Shown here one piece after another: positions 40,507-52,824 of a stretch of DNA of 64,000 nucleotides; the first letter of the stretch is position 1; each line of letters starts with the position of its first letter. The stretch covers positions 62,001-126,000 of the forward strand of contig NC_134032.1 in NCBI RefSeq assembly GCF_964204645.1, written 5' to 3'. This stretch comes from Tubulanus polymorphus (Eukaryota; Animalia; Nemertea). A program made the position numbers and the translations under genes. The notes beneath the pieces were generated by a model. The model was not told where the DNA came from, searched no databases, and saw only the letters and a list, made by a program, of their open reading frames with translations.

Positions 40507-40844
40507 GTAATTATAGATTTTAACCATCAAAGTTCAGTTCAGTACAGAATGAGTATATGGCTAGCGAGACTGGTAATATTTGTGGCTAGAATGTGTTTCA
40601 TGTAGTTTATGTCTTATTATTAACAGGCGAATACTGCTCACAAATTCATACATTTCATTATTGTTATTATTGAGATCTCTTGGGTTGCTACACTTGTATT
40701 ATAGTAAGCTTTTATCATTGTTATCTGGTCTTCTGCATGTGATATGTACTAATTTACAATTTGGCCAACCAGCATATTTCTTTCAGGAAAACTGTGCTGC
40801 ACTTGTTGAGATAAAATGACTGAATTCTAAATTCTGTTTTTCAG

Positions 40845-40982
40845 TAAACGTTACTATGGCGGCGAGTAATCCAGGAATAAATGCAGATAATTCTAATTTA
40901 AGTATAAGCGGTGACAATAATACAGTGAATCAAAATATCCACGTAGTTACTCAAGCCAGCAACAGACCTGCTGAGAATCTCG
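40845..40982 (+). CDS. NLR cassette exon C (138 nt, phase 1-1): NVTMAASNPGINADNSNLSISGDNNTVNQNIHVVTQASNRPAENL; RHIM-like
   Basis: Acceptor TTCTGTTTTTCAG, donor CTCG|GTAATT, N/Q-rich open frame. Confidence 0.72.
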
Positions 40983-41486
40983 GTAATTATAGATTTTAAC
41001 CATCAGAGTTCAGTTCAGTACAGAATGATGTGACTTGAGTCTAAATGTGATCTCGTATATAAATCCGGTGTAAAGTTTTGAGGCGAAAGTAATATATTGT
41101 CTTTAAAGATTCTGAGTACCAAAATGGACCCACCAACCTGATTGTTTTAAATCTTTGACTAATACTGTCAGGGTCTGGTTCTATAATCGGTATTTTGAAT
41201 TATGGTCTCTTATCACATCTGGTGACACAGTTTGTTTATCAGTCTCGAGTAGGAATAAAAACAGATTAACAGTATAAATACTGTTAACAGTAAAATAAGA
41301 CCGCCGGGTGAAAGTTACCGTGATCAGATACTATCACGTTTCAATCCTAACCCTATAATTCAAAATGGGCCTGGGCCCAATTTGGCCCGACCAAAAACGT
41401 CGGACCAGGTGCGGGTCAACTGGTTCCGGTAGTGAGTCACTTCGCTTTGTTTAGTATCAAGTGAGAGGTTTGCGTGTGAAGGCCAG

Positions 41487-41621
41487 TTTGTGGTGCTTTG
41501 GTACAGAGTAATGTAAATAAAGTGAATGTAAATGAATCAATGGTTCAAATGGGTGGCAATAATACGATGAATTTTTACCTTGGAGATACACAAACTATCG
41601 ACAGACCTGCTGAGAATCTCG
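41487..41621 (+). CDS. NLR cassette exon D (135 nt, phase 1-1): CGALVQSNVNKVNVNESMVQMGGNNTMNFYLGDTQTIDRPAENL; RHIM motif
   Basis: VQMGGNNTM fits the RHIM core (cf. RIPK3 VQVGDNNYL, RIPK1 IQIGAYNYM). Donor CTCG|GTAATT. The acceptor GAAGGCCAG lacks a pyrimidine tract because it is a deletion junction. Confidence 0.68.
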
Positions 41622-41770
41622 GTAATTATAGATTTCTACCATCAGAACTCGTGCTTGAGTCCAAATGTGATCCTAAATCATAAGACGGGTCCGAAGTCTT
41701 TGACCATGTCTCTAAAGATCGTTCTAAATCTTTAACTAAAATGATAGAAAATTATTTCAAGACATTCTAT

Positions 41771-41784
41771 CCACCAGGTGGCGT
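41771..41784 (+). promoter_or_regulatory. CTCF-like motif (others at 45027-45040, 48349-48363, 51361-51375 rc, 56350-56363, 58932-58945 rc, 63465-63478)
   Basis: CCACCAGGTGGCG, CCACTAGGGGGCG and CACTAGATGGCGCT match the CTCF core CCASYAGRKGGCR. Confidence 0.55.
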
Positions 41785-41989
41785 ACGATTGTTTAAGCCC
41801 AGTTGGGACTTTAGTCCCAGTTGGCTGTTGATTTCACTTTTTGCCCGTTCGTCCGTAGATGGAATCCAGTTATTTCGGATTGTCCCTGTTCACGATCAAG
41901 ATGGCTGACAGGCAGCCAGTTCATACATATTTATTGCTATTGGAAGAACTTGTGACTGACACCTACTCAAAATCTAGTAAACTTACGAT

Positions 41990-42440
41990 CAGTTTTTATA
42001 GCCACATTTCAGGCATGAATTCCTCGATTGTTAAACATTAAAAATTATATCTCAGCAACAAATTTAGTTTATGGACGACAAAATAAAATTGATAATATTA
42101 CTGTAATTAATCAAATATTATTAAATGAAACATATTTAATTACTGAACTAATAGATACTTTCCATAATGGCTCCAGAAATCCTAAAATATTCAATACAGT
42201 TTTAGATTATAAAGGTAATTTAGATGAAAAAATAATGAATATTCTTGAAACTCCTTTTAAAGAAAGAAATGATGATTTAATACTTTCTAAAGGTTACAAT
42301 GATTTGATTAACTTGAGAATTGAAAAACGAAAATAACATAATTTCAATCTTAATAATAAACAGATTACTTATAATGAAAATTCATCAAATATTGGAATTG
42401 GAATGACTTTAATCAATATCCTTTATCTTTTATAAGTATA
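41990..42440 (+). other. Very AT-rich coding-like fragment inside the NLR intron (ORF 42028-42336), possibly of viral or other foreign origin; copy at 63720-64000
   Basis: 102-aa N/I/K-rich ORF with A/T-ending codons, unlike the NLR codon usage; downstream in-register NENSSNIGIG. Confidence 0.3.
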
Positions 42441-45207
42441 TATATCTCCACAGCGCACATCAGCATAAGAAAAAGTTAAAATTTGGTCGATCGGACTCAA
42501 TATGGCCGTCCTGAGACCTTTTTGTACCTATTTTTGGTCTAAATTCCGAGACCTGTAGCTTCCTAATTGTTTGGTATTTTCTGTTGAAATTTGTGATGGG
42601 TATTTTTTTGGAAAGGGGATTTCCTGACACATCAGACAGGTTTTTTTCATCATTCAATTTTAACGTAATTTCTTGCACACATATGAAAAGAGGTGTTTTG
42701 GGGGAAAATGTCATTTTCACATAGTGGGTAAGTGATTTTAACTTAGTCTTGATATTTGGTCGTTATCAGCATTGTCATAGGACATGGAATTTCGGTCTTT
42801 TGTTCAAGCCACCAGGAGAATTAAATATTGAATTGAATAAAATTTTCCATTTATATTGGTAACTCTGCATATTTTGTAAACGCGATCAATGAATTGATTT
42901 AAAAGTTGATTTGCTTAAATCAACTCGTTGATATCAGGACCTATAAGTTTTTTTCAGTGAGCGCTCAAATAAAAGCTGTTTTCGAACAAGCTGGAACAAA
43001 TATTTTCTTTTAGCTAATTTTTCTCAATCGACCGGAAATTTTGAGACCAAATCAGCGAGCATAGAAATTTTAACGACGCCAGTCGCAGCAAGTCGCACAT
43101 GTTCTACTTACTGCGACGCGATCGTCGCAATAAACCTACGGCTACGCCCTCTCGTGACTGGGAGATGCGCGATTTTATCCAGTAATACTGGGATTCGAAC
43201 CCACAATAGTTGTGAGATGCGTTTTGAAATAATTTTTTTTGAAGGATTCGTAGAATTTCTTATCGAGAATTTAATCTCTTTCATTTGTTTTCAAGCTGCT
43301 TTGACCATAAAGACCAGTTATTTTAGCTCTAAGTCAATGACTATTACTAAATAGCTGTGTTGAAACCCAATTTTCCCTAATAGGCCAGAATTCGAAACTT
43401 TTTATCTTTGCGTGGTTTGGTTCCAATTTTAGTTACCACGTGACAATCGCAAGTACGATCCTATCTTTATATCAGGAAATTTCACAATTTTACCGGCCCC
43501 TGCTTTATTGAAATCAATAACTATGGAAATAAGGGTACTTAGCCATTTGAAAAAAATGGCAAATAAAGATATATAGGCAGTTCTAGTAAAACAAGGACAG
43601 ACTTCGGGGTTGGGAATCGGTAGTCCAGACCCTGCCTTCAAAATTGAACAATGAAAATGTAGATTAAGATTTGTAAGAATTATGAACTTTTGAATGAGAT
43701 GAGCAAAAATTCAAGTTGAATTATCGGGAAGAGGATATGAATGTTTATAACTTCACCAGCGCGCATTGTTGCTTTAAATTTATGAATGAGTGATATCATA
43801 GAAAAGTTAATTATCAGCTGAGTTCATCGATATTTTTACCTTATTTCTATCTTAATCCAATCCAGAGATATGAACGAAATAAGAAAATTAAACTGAGGAA
43901 AAAATTGGGACAAGAATTCAACAATGCGGACCCGGTGGGTACCCAAAAATGGCGCCTGGCAACTGTAAAAAGACTTATCGCGTCGCAACCGACTTACACC
44001 CGGCTTAAAATATCTCAAACTGATTTCATTTTTGTGGTCGGGTCGCGTAGCAACGCCGACCACGATGTTTTAGTGGTTCGACTTCATTTTCCCATTTTTT
44101 CTGTTATTTGACACAAGATACGTAGCTTTGTAATTAGTTCAGGGAAATTTGTTGCACTTTCCTGGGTTTATTGAAAGAACGAATGAATTTATTTCTAAAA
44201 GAAGAAATCGAAGGAATTCTGTAAAATAATAATTATTTTCCCGCCTGATGTCATATCGGGATATCCCTTGTCTTTTGCGCACCGATATGGCTGATCGACC
44301 TTTCTAAAAAAGTAATTCATACTCGTTGAAGTGTGCCGCTACTTATTGTATTGTATATCCCAGGCCTAGAAACAATTTCTTGATGAAATCTAAATTAACA
44401 AAGTATATTTGGTTTACCTGCGCAAGGACTTAAAACCAGCACTTCTTATGCGCGTAAGCAGCTAACATTTGTGTTTAGAAAACCATAGTTCATCGTGTAT
44501 CACGTGACTAATACAGTTTTCCGATCCTCATTTCAAAAGTTAAGAACTAAATGAAATGAATTGTTGTCATCTGATTAACTCAAACTGAAATTCTGAGAAA
44601 GATGAGAAAGATTAATAAACATCTTGTCCTGTGCTGAAAATTGCATGTTGATGCGCGGCGTAGTTTGCAGTATTTACTGCGGAGCTGTGATGATAGCGCC
44701 CTTGTTTTAGTAACACGTGAAGTTCACCAAAATCAATGAAGCCGTTTATCTTTAGATTAAGTATAATTTTAAAAAAAGGTGAAAAAGCCGACTTTTTTAA
44801 AGGTGACTTTTTGGAAATGTTTTCCTCGTGTAGATTGAAAATAAAGGATTTTTCCACTCGTGTAGATGGGACCTTGAATGTCTCTGATCGAACTTGTTGC
44901 TAATCCGACCCCACAGAAAGATTCTTTCTGGTGCATATTTTGTCACCGCAATCAATTGCAAAGTTTTAGCTCATGACATGATGTATGATTGTGGTGAGTT
45001 TCAGGTTCGTTGGTTTTTGTTTAAGGTCACTAGGGGGCGTTGAATAGCAGAATAACTCATTAGTTCCTTGGTACCTAGGCATATTTTGTAACTGCGGTCA
45101 ATTGTACAATTTAAGCTCATGACATTTTCTATGATTCTATGATTTTCAGGCAAAATCAGCCGCCATAGAAATTCTAAAAAAATCTCAAACTGGTTTTATT
45201 TTTACAG

Positions 45208-47963
45208 ATGTTGATCAAGTTCAGAAGAACCTGAAAGAAACGTATAAACGAATGATCGATGATGAAAATTACAAAGAGGTTTCGTGGAGCGATGAATTCG
45301 TCAATTTCAACGACTTCTTCGCCCAAGAACACGCGAAAATTCGAGCCCAAAAACGAAACCCGAAGAAAAATGAAGGAAGTGAGGAGCAGCCAGTTATTTT
45401 ACCCGATCATTTCGAGAAGCTTTTCACTTATAAAGAGAGTGATGTGAAACCCGTGTGCCTCGTAGGTGAACCCGGTATGGGTAAAACAACTCAGATTGTT
45501 AATCAAGTGTTGTCATGGGAGCGATCACCGTTTCTGAAAAGATTTCCTATGTTATTCTATATACCGTTAAATGAACTGCCCGCTGATAACGCGTGTATTT
45601 ATAAGTACATTTACAAAAATCTTTTGAGTCGAGAAATCAGAAAGGTTCTGCCGATTGATAGTTTTAAAGAATTCGTTGAGGAAAATGCAGAAAAATCGAT
45701 ATTTTTTCTAGACGGCTTCGACGAGTTGAAAAACGATAAAGCGAAAATAGACATCGTACACGTGACCAATAAATTACCGAAAGCGCATATCGTCATAACA
45801 ACACGTGAGTCCGGGGGCAGCATGATCGTCACTGATCCCAAATTCACCGTTGTATCGATATCCGGCTTCAAACAGGAAGAAGTCATCGATATTCTGGAGA
45901 GAAAATTCCCCGAGTGCAATCCATATCAGCTATTCTACAGGCTTAAAGCCGCAGCGCCACCTATATTTAAAAGTATCTACTACAACCCGCTGATACTACA
46001 TATGTTTTGTTTTCTGTATATGGACGAGGAAGAAATTACGATACCATCAAAACTCACCGATATCTACATCGATTTGACATGTTTTCTAATCAGTAAACGC
46101 GAGGGCCTCGAGTTGTCGAAGGAATGTTTTTTCCGCAATATCGGAAATTCTGAAGCGCTTAAAGAAATTTGTCAAGTCGCGTATGAGACGCTCATCGAGC
46201 ATCAAAACAGCTTCACCGAAAGTCGTCTTGAACTCGACGAATCGAAAAGGACGGCTTTGACGTGCAAAGAGATGTCGCCGCGACGGAAATCAGACCGCTC
46301 CGTCCAGCTACGGTTCATACACAAATCTGTGCACGAATTTCTGGCGGCGGTACACTCGGTCGTGCAATTCAACAACAGTAATGAAATACCCTGGAAAACA
46401 CCCTGGAATAAATGCGCGTTTGAACAACTACCGGACGAACTTGTGAAATATGGTGAATTATACCCGAGATTCATGGCAGGGCTGCTGTATCGTTACAAGT
46501 TTAACCGCGGCCTCGGTGAACTTTTCAAGACTTTAATAGATGAACATTTAAAAGCAGTCACAATAATGGATGAGTACGAGCCCTTGGTTACGGTTACTAG
46601 GGAATCGGCAGATATGCCGCTCATCCCCGATTACGAACGCTACATCGAACTCCGATCCGAAAGAACTGTTTTATCTCATCAGTTATCTGATCAGTTGTTA
46701 ATCTGCATGGATGAAGCCGACTGGCCGGACGACGCCATTAGTGAAATAGTTCCCTACATGCAGAAAATGTTGTCCGTATCTGCATATGGCAGATCGTGGA
46801 TAAACATGCTCGCAAAAATACTCGAACACAAACAATGTCAGATCGAGCTAGTTTACATACTGGGTATTCACGAACTGGAACCCGACGAATACCGCGTATT
46901 AGAAACAGCCATAGCGAGTAACACTAGTCTTCACGGTATGATAATAGATGCAGACTGGTCAGCAAAACCCGATCAGTACTTGACTATGTGTAAGAAGAGC
47001 AACAGTATAAATTGGTTTGTGCGGCTAGGGGGAATCCACACTGGTGAATGTTACAAGAAACTCAATAATGAATGGATTATTACAAGTCACGTGATTGAAT
47101 CTGAAGCTGACGCGCGGTTGATCAGTGGTGATACTAACACACACAATACAGTGGAGAGTCTGATTATTGATGTTAGTGCGGAAAGTTTAGGTAATATTTT
47201 AGTCAATATTCACAAATCGTATCCACCCATAAAACATCTATATCTCAGATCTCTGCTACGGCAGGAATATCAGCTCGATAGAAATACAATCAGAGGGCTG
47301 ATAAACATCATTCCGAGTTTGAAAACCTTATGTCTTGGTGGAGTAATATTCGATAAAGATTTGATCGGTTCGGAGGAATTGAATGATTTTAACAACACAT
47401 TAAAATCGTCAGACATCGAAACAATTCGGCTCGGACGGCAAGGACTGGACGAACTAACGACAGATGAATGTGCAGCAATGAGTGATAGTGTCGGTTCAAT
47501 GCAGAAACTAAAACGTCTTGGCATTTACGGATTTAATTTACCAATACACCGCGTTCTAGGTCACCTGCCGCGGCTGACTGTATTAGAAATAAAGTTGCAG
47601 TCAGAAGCTGATGTTGACGCACTTGTTCGGTATCTATCAACAGATGCGGTAAATCAGCTGATACAAGTCCGTATTGATAGCTGTCTCGATAGACCGGAAC
47701 AGAACAATCGTATCTTTAAACAACTAAAACACGTCTCATCAATTCGTTATTTAAAGTTCTACAGTTCACTCCGAGCGCGGATTAATACACAGCACGATAT
47801 CGATTTATTCGTCAAATCAATCGTCGAATTAATCAATAATCTTCCGCATCTTTCTGACCTGTGTATCGACTGCAGGAGCACCGACCGCGATACGACGAGA
47901 GATTACATCATATCAGAACTTAAAAAACTCAATAAAAGAGTGAGAGTAGGAATAGAGATATAG
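45208..47963 (+). CDS. NLR (NACHT NTPase + helical domains + LRR-like C-terminus), large terminal exon
   Basis: Walker A GEPGMGKTT, Walker B IFFLDGFDE, sensor-1 HIVITTR, NPLILHMFC, winged-helix FIHKSVHEFLAA, and C-terminal LxxLxL-like repeats (IKHLYLRS, LKTLCLGG, LKRLGIYG, LTVLEIK, LSDLCID). A phase-1 acceptor TTTTATTTTTACAG|AT at 45207/8 extends the frame by (D)VDQVQKNLKETYKR. AATAAA at 47966. Confidence 0.93.
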
Positions 47964-49156
47964 TAAATAAATCAAGAATTTATTCAATCAAGTTAAAAAA
48001 ACCCGAGGATTCGATCTCGCACAAGATATCGTCAAGTGTGAGATATGGACTAATTATTACTTCATGTATCTTTTCAATTTTTGTTCTCTTCTTACTGATT
48101 TTAATCGTTTCACCATTTTTATCTTGCTCGCTGTAGTCAATTGTTTATATAATTGTGTATTTCGTGTCTATTTTATTGTTAACCAATGTTTATTCACTGT
48201 ACGGGACAGAGAAGGTCTCAACCTAGCTATCCAAGACCAATCTTTGGGCATTTTTGGGTAGAGCTTGGCACCCGGGCTTAAATGAAAGGTGAGACTCCCC
48301 CCACCCCCTGAAACACCTGTCTGCCACTATGTGATTTTTCACTTTCGACCTATAGGGGGCGCTAAATACGAGGTATTCGTTAGGAAGGAAAATCGTCAAA
48401 TATATTGCAAATTAACCTTAAAAGGTTGTTAACCTTTTGCGCGTCAGCAGAGTATGGTTTCATATATATATATACGCTTATACATGTTTTGTCAAACCCA
48501 GGAATCCAACGTTTAAAATCATATATTGTTGGCTGCTGCCTAGCAACCTAATGTGGGCGCTGTTCACAGGGCTGAAAATTTCTGTTAATGCAAAGACACG
48601 GGAATTATATTAATCAGTTTTAGTTAACTAAATAATAACATAATTCATTTATTGCCCGTGTTTCACATGACGAATCATAATGACCATCATTGTTGAAACG
48701 TCGTTGCTATGACACCATAGATTTAGATTCAATTAATGGATAAATGGATAACCGACTTTCCTGTTGCTGTGGGACATCATCATCAAACAAACTCCGTTAC
48801 CATGGAAGCACATACTGTTAAAGGTTGTACTCCAACATTGTTGACTGTCTCCATGGTAACCAAGGCGGAAAATGCCTATGAAATTATTTTGGTTACAGTC
48901 CGATCTCGAGTTGTCGCAGAAAAGTGATACTGGTATCGATTGCTATGTTTTCCGGGTCGCTCTACCCGTTTTTGGGCAGAGAAAAAAGCTACAACTTAAA
49001 TAAAATGAAAATCTAGTAGTCCGACCACTAATAAATAGTTCTGGAATCATCATATCCCATATAAATCCATTGTATTTTGATGAAATGATCATGACTTCAT
49101 TTGCAGCTAATGATTCAAATTTAGGTTTGCTCAAAATATCCTTGGAAACGACAATA

Positions 49157-49372
49157 AGGCAAAAAAAAATTGATACCTTGTTTCTCCGCTCTGCTGAGCT
49201 TAAATGTTGACCCGGCCAGCCGCCTATCTACCCTATACATTACTTTTTTAAAATCGTGATCAATTTTACCATAACAGACCCGGCCGCTATAGAAATGAAC
49301 TGTTTATAAATTTTATATTTTAAAAAAATGACCCGGCCGCTATGGAGAAACAAGGCATCTTTTTGTTTAGCC
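49157..49372. mobile_element. MITE with terminal inverted repeats (Kolobok-like termini)
   Basis: AGGCAAAAAAAAATTGATACCTTGTTTCTCC ... GGAGAAACAAGGCATCTTTTTGTTTAGCCT. Confidence 0.6.
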
Positions 49373-49710
49373 TAATGGGTGTTGTTTTAAAATCATGTCT
49401 CAGATCTTTGCCATGGATGAAGCAATGCAGCTGAATGGAGTCAGTTAAGAGGAAAAGGGTGTTTGATGGTGAAGAGTGTTGTTTGTTTTGTGAAAAGAAG
49501 GGTACGGAAAAGTTGTTACTTGGAAAAGATGGTGCCCTTAAGCCCAATATATTCTGCTGAAAATAAAGACTGTGTCATCTAGTTTATACAGATTGTTGTG
49601 TGGTGTTTATTTGGAGCTGGGCATTTTTCATTGTGAGGAGATAGGACTGGGCCCGGTCTAATCTTACACAAGTTTCCATTTCTATATGGACTGGGCCCGG
49701 TCTAAGAGAC

Positions 49711-50028
49711 GGGTCGCGACTAAGAGACGACTCAACTGTGATCCGGGTCGCGACTAAGAGACGACACAACTGTGATCCGGGTCGCGACTGAGAGATGACA
49801 CAACTGTGATCCGGGTCGCGACAGAGACGACACAACTGTGATCCGGGTCGCGACTAAGATATGACACAACTGTGATCCGGGTCGCGACTAAGAGATGACA
49901 CAACTGTGATCCGGGTCGCGACTAAGAGACGACACAACTGTGATCCTGGTCGCGACTAAGAGACGACACAACTGTGATCCGGGTCGCGACTGAGAGATGA
50001 CACAACTGTGATCCGGGTCGCGACTAAG
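49711..50028. repeat. 34-bp minisatellite, about 9.5 units
   Basis: Unit GGGTCGCGACTAAGAGACGACACAACTGTGATCC. Confidence 0.93.
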
Positions 50029-50744
50029 CTGATCACAGTGAGTATTGATAGCCTTCTCCCAAAAACCGTAAACCAACTTTCGACGCATTTCAAAGAATTC
50101 ACAATTTTCATTTTGAAAAAACCAATTTCATTTTTCCTCGCAACGATAGAATTAAACACAGATTTTAAAATATTCGGGTAACTGCGATAAACTATTATTA
50201 GATATTCAATTTTTACTGATATTTACCGCTGCTATATTAGGTTATTGCCCTTAGTTTGCTCCTCATATTAGAATTCCACTTGGGCCGATCTCAATCCCTC
50301 TAATCGGTCAGAAAATTATATGTTATTATGTAATAAATATATCTAATTCCTCCTTTTCTATCGGTATTTTTTGAAGCATCGATTGCGTTATCAAATATTC
50401 TAAAAAGTAAGTCCCACCATTGATATTGAAAATTATAAAAACAAAACTACCATCATTTTTGAATACTAAGTTGTTTAATTGAACAAGTTAAATCTAGCAA
50501 ACAAAATCATCTCGAGGATTTTTTGCTAAATAAAAGTTAAGTGAATATTTCAATCGCTTGATGTTTACGTCATACGGTCTACTTCTGTTTTATAAAAGTC
50601 GAACAAGTTTATCTTGCTTGTGAAATATCAAAAAGTTATGATCTTTCTGATTTCAACAATTTCTAATCAGACCCGATCGCCCCCGGTAATAAATTACGCC
50701 TTTCCCACCAAAATGACATGCTGGGAAGAACAGAAATAACCCTT

Positions 50745-50900
50745 AATCTCCCTAACCCTAGCTCTGGTAACCCTAACCCTAGTTCGACCCTAAGCCCTAG
50801 CTCTGGTAACATTAATCCTAGTTCGATCCTAACCCTAGCAGGACTCGAACCTGCGATCCTCAGTATACCAGCCGAGCATGTTGACCACTGGACCATAGAT
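50745..50900 (-). mobile_element. tRNA-derived SINE-like head followed by TAGGG/TTAGGG-containing repeats (paralog of 32265-32365)
   Basis: Minus strand TGGTCCAGTGG ... GGTTCGAGTCC, then repeated CTAGGGTTAGG units. Confidence 0.6.
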
Positions 50901-50929
50901 CAGTAGTGACTAACCGAGTTTGTAAGTTG

Positions 50930-51188
50930 GTCTGGTCAGTGTGGTGACCGGCGATCAGTCAGGTGCGGTGACTGATGACCAGTCAGGTGTGGTGACTGAT
51001 GACCAGTCAGGTGTGGTGACCGGCGACCAGTCAGGTGTGGTGACCAGTGACCAGTCAGGTTCGGTGACCAGTGACCAGTCAGGTGTGGTGACCAGTGACC
51101 AGTCAGGTGCGGTGACCAGTGACCAGTCAGGTTCGGTGACCAGTAACCAGTCAGATGAGTGACCAGTGACCAGTCAGATGTGGTGACT
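50930..51188. repeat. 24-bp minisatellite, about 10 units
   Basis: GACCAGTCAGGTGTGGTGACCAGT-like units; source of the VTSDQSG repeat ORF. Confidence 0.9.
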
Positions 51189-52824
51189 CTTCACTGACTA
51201 CCCGCTATTATTCTCTGATTACAACAGTTTCTAATCAGACCTGATCTAAATTGCCGCCGCCAGAAATAAATTAAAGACTTTCTCTTCTATCGACGCTATC
51301 AAGAATTATCAGCTGAATATCTTCTATTTTGTCAACATTGTTGTACCGCGTCTTACCTACAGCGCCTCCTAGTGGAGGAGGAGAATATCCATCCTATAAC
51401 CTATAAACATCCGCCATCTTAGAGGAAGCAATGAGTAGCATGTGAACTCTTCACAGACACCAAAACCTGAAAGAAGTGAAATTAAATTTCATTTTGATAA
51501 GTCGTTACATTTACATCGGAGCCTTAGTTTCTTTCAGGCCTATTTCTAAGTGAAATGTTCGTTTGGTTGAGTTTATCGTCACAACTATAACGAATTCAAC
51601 AGTGAATTTTAAAACTTTGAAATTTAATTTTATCGACAACGAGAAGGTTGTGAAATTGGAGGAACAGACCTCGCAAAATTACAATACACAGAGACCTACC
51701 TAGAATCGGCGTGAGGAAAATAAAACAACACGAAATGACTTCAAAATGATGACTTAAAAAGTTCGTAGCCACATCCAACATTTATAATCTACATATAGAA
51801 TAATTGTAATAAATTGTTGAATCTAATTCTGTTTTATGTAATGGATTTCTATGTTTGCAATAAAACACTGATGTTCAATGGTACAAAAACAACCGCTTCT
51901 ATTACGAGATTAATTTGAGAGGAGACCTCAAAATAACAAGGTGTGAATGATTTAAATGTAATAATTATTCAATGATTTGAATCATCAATTAAAAAAACCG
52001 CGTCTCCTAAAAATATACGCGAGAAATATCGACATCAAAAACAGCGCGACCAAAATCAGTAAATTAATTCAACCAAATAAACCAGAAACCCAGGTACCAC
52101 AGGAATAGGACCCGACCGGGTGAGGGGGGGTGCTGTCTGAACCTGAAACCAGTTGTACGTAAGTAAATGTCATTTGTATTTTATAAGAAGTAGAGTTCAA
52201 CAGTTCAACTCTTCATCTTAATCAAATCACACTTAACTCACAAACTGTCAAACATTTTCAATCAAGTTCATTGTAAATAAATGCAACTTTTATTGTTAAA
52301 AAGTTCCACTTGAAATTACAACTGCATTTTATATCAACAGCTGAAATTATGTTCTAATTCACAGATTTATCAACTAACTATTCTAACCTAACCTATATAT
52401 TCGGCCCACCTATTCAGGCTCGGGTTTAGGGGTTAGGGAGGGGGATACTGAAATAGAGACATGTTATACAGTCACACCGGAATTCTTCAGTCACTCTGTC
52501 ATCATCATTCAACTTCAGATTCAATCTTCTGTGACTAGGGGGTCTTGTTCTTCACACTGAAATAGAACATACAGGCCGCACCTGAATCGGGCCACTCTGT
52601 TGTGTGCTGGGGGTGAAGACACGTACTCTGTGGCCTAGTCTTCTGGGGTCTTGTCTCAGCGATGACCCTGAAATTGTCATTTTTATTTCAACTAGACGTT
52701 TTTACATGAAAGTCGTTTTCTTATAAAACAAAAGATTAGAAAAAAACGGAAATTCTGAAATAAAAGGAAAACACCTGAAAATAGAGAGAAACCCTGGAAA
52801 TAGAAGCGTAAAATACAGGATCCT

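Noticed and set aside
45259-47524. Small ORFs overlapping the NLR exon (45259+, 45611-, 46202-, 47270-)
   Set aside because: These are shadow frames of the real CDS.
50745-50900. Telomerase RNA candidate
   Set aside because: The Pol III-oriented strand carries TTAGGG rather than the CCCTAA template.
52470-52670. Two possible small minus-strand exons
   Set aside because: Splice-like signals are present, but there is no consistent reading frame or recognisable product.
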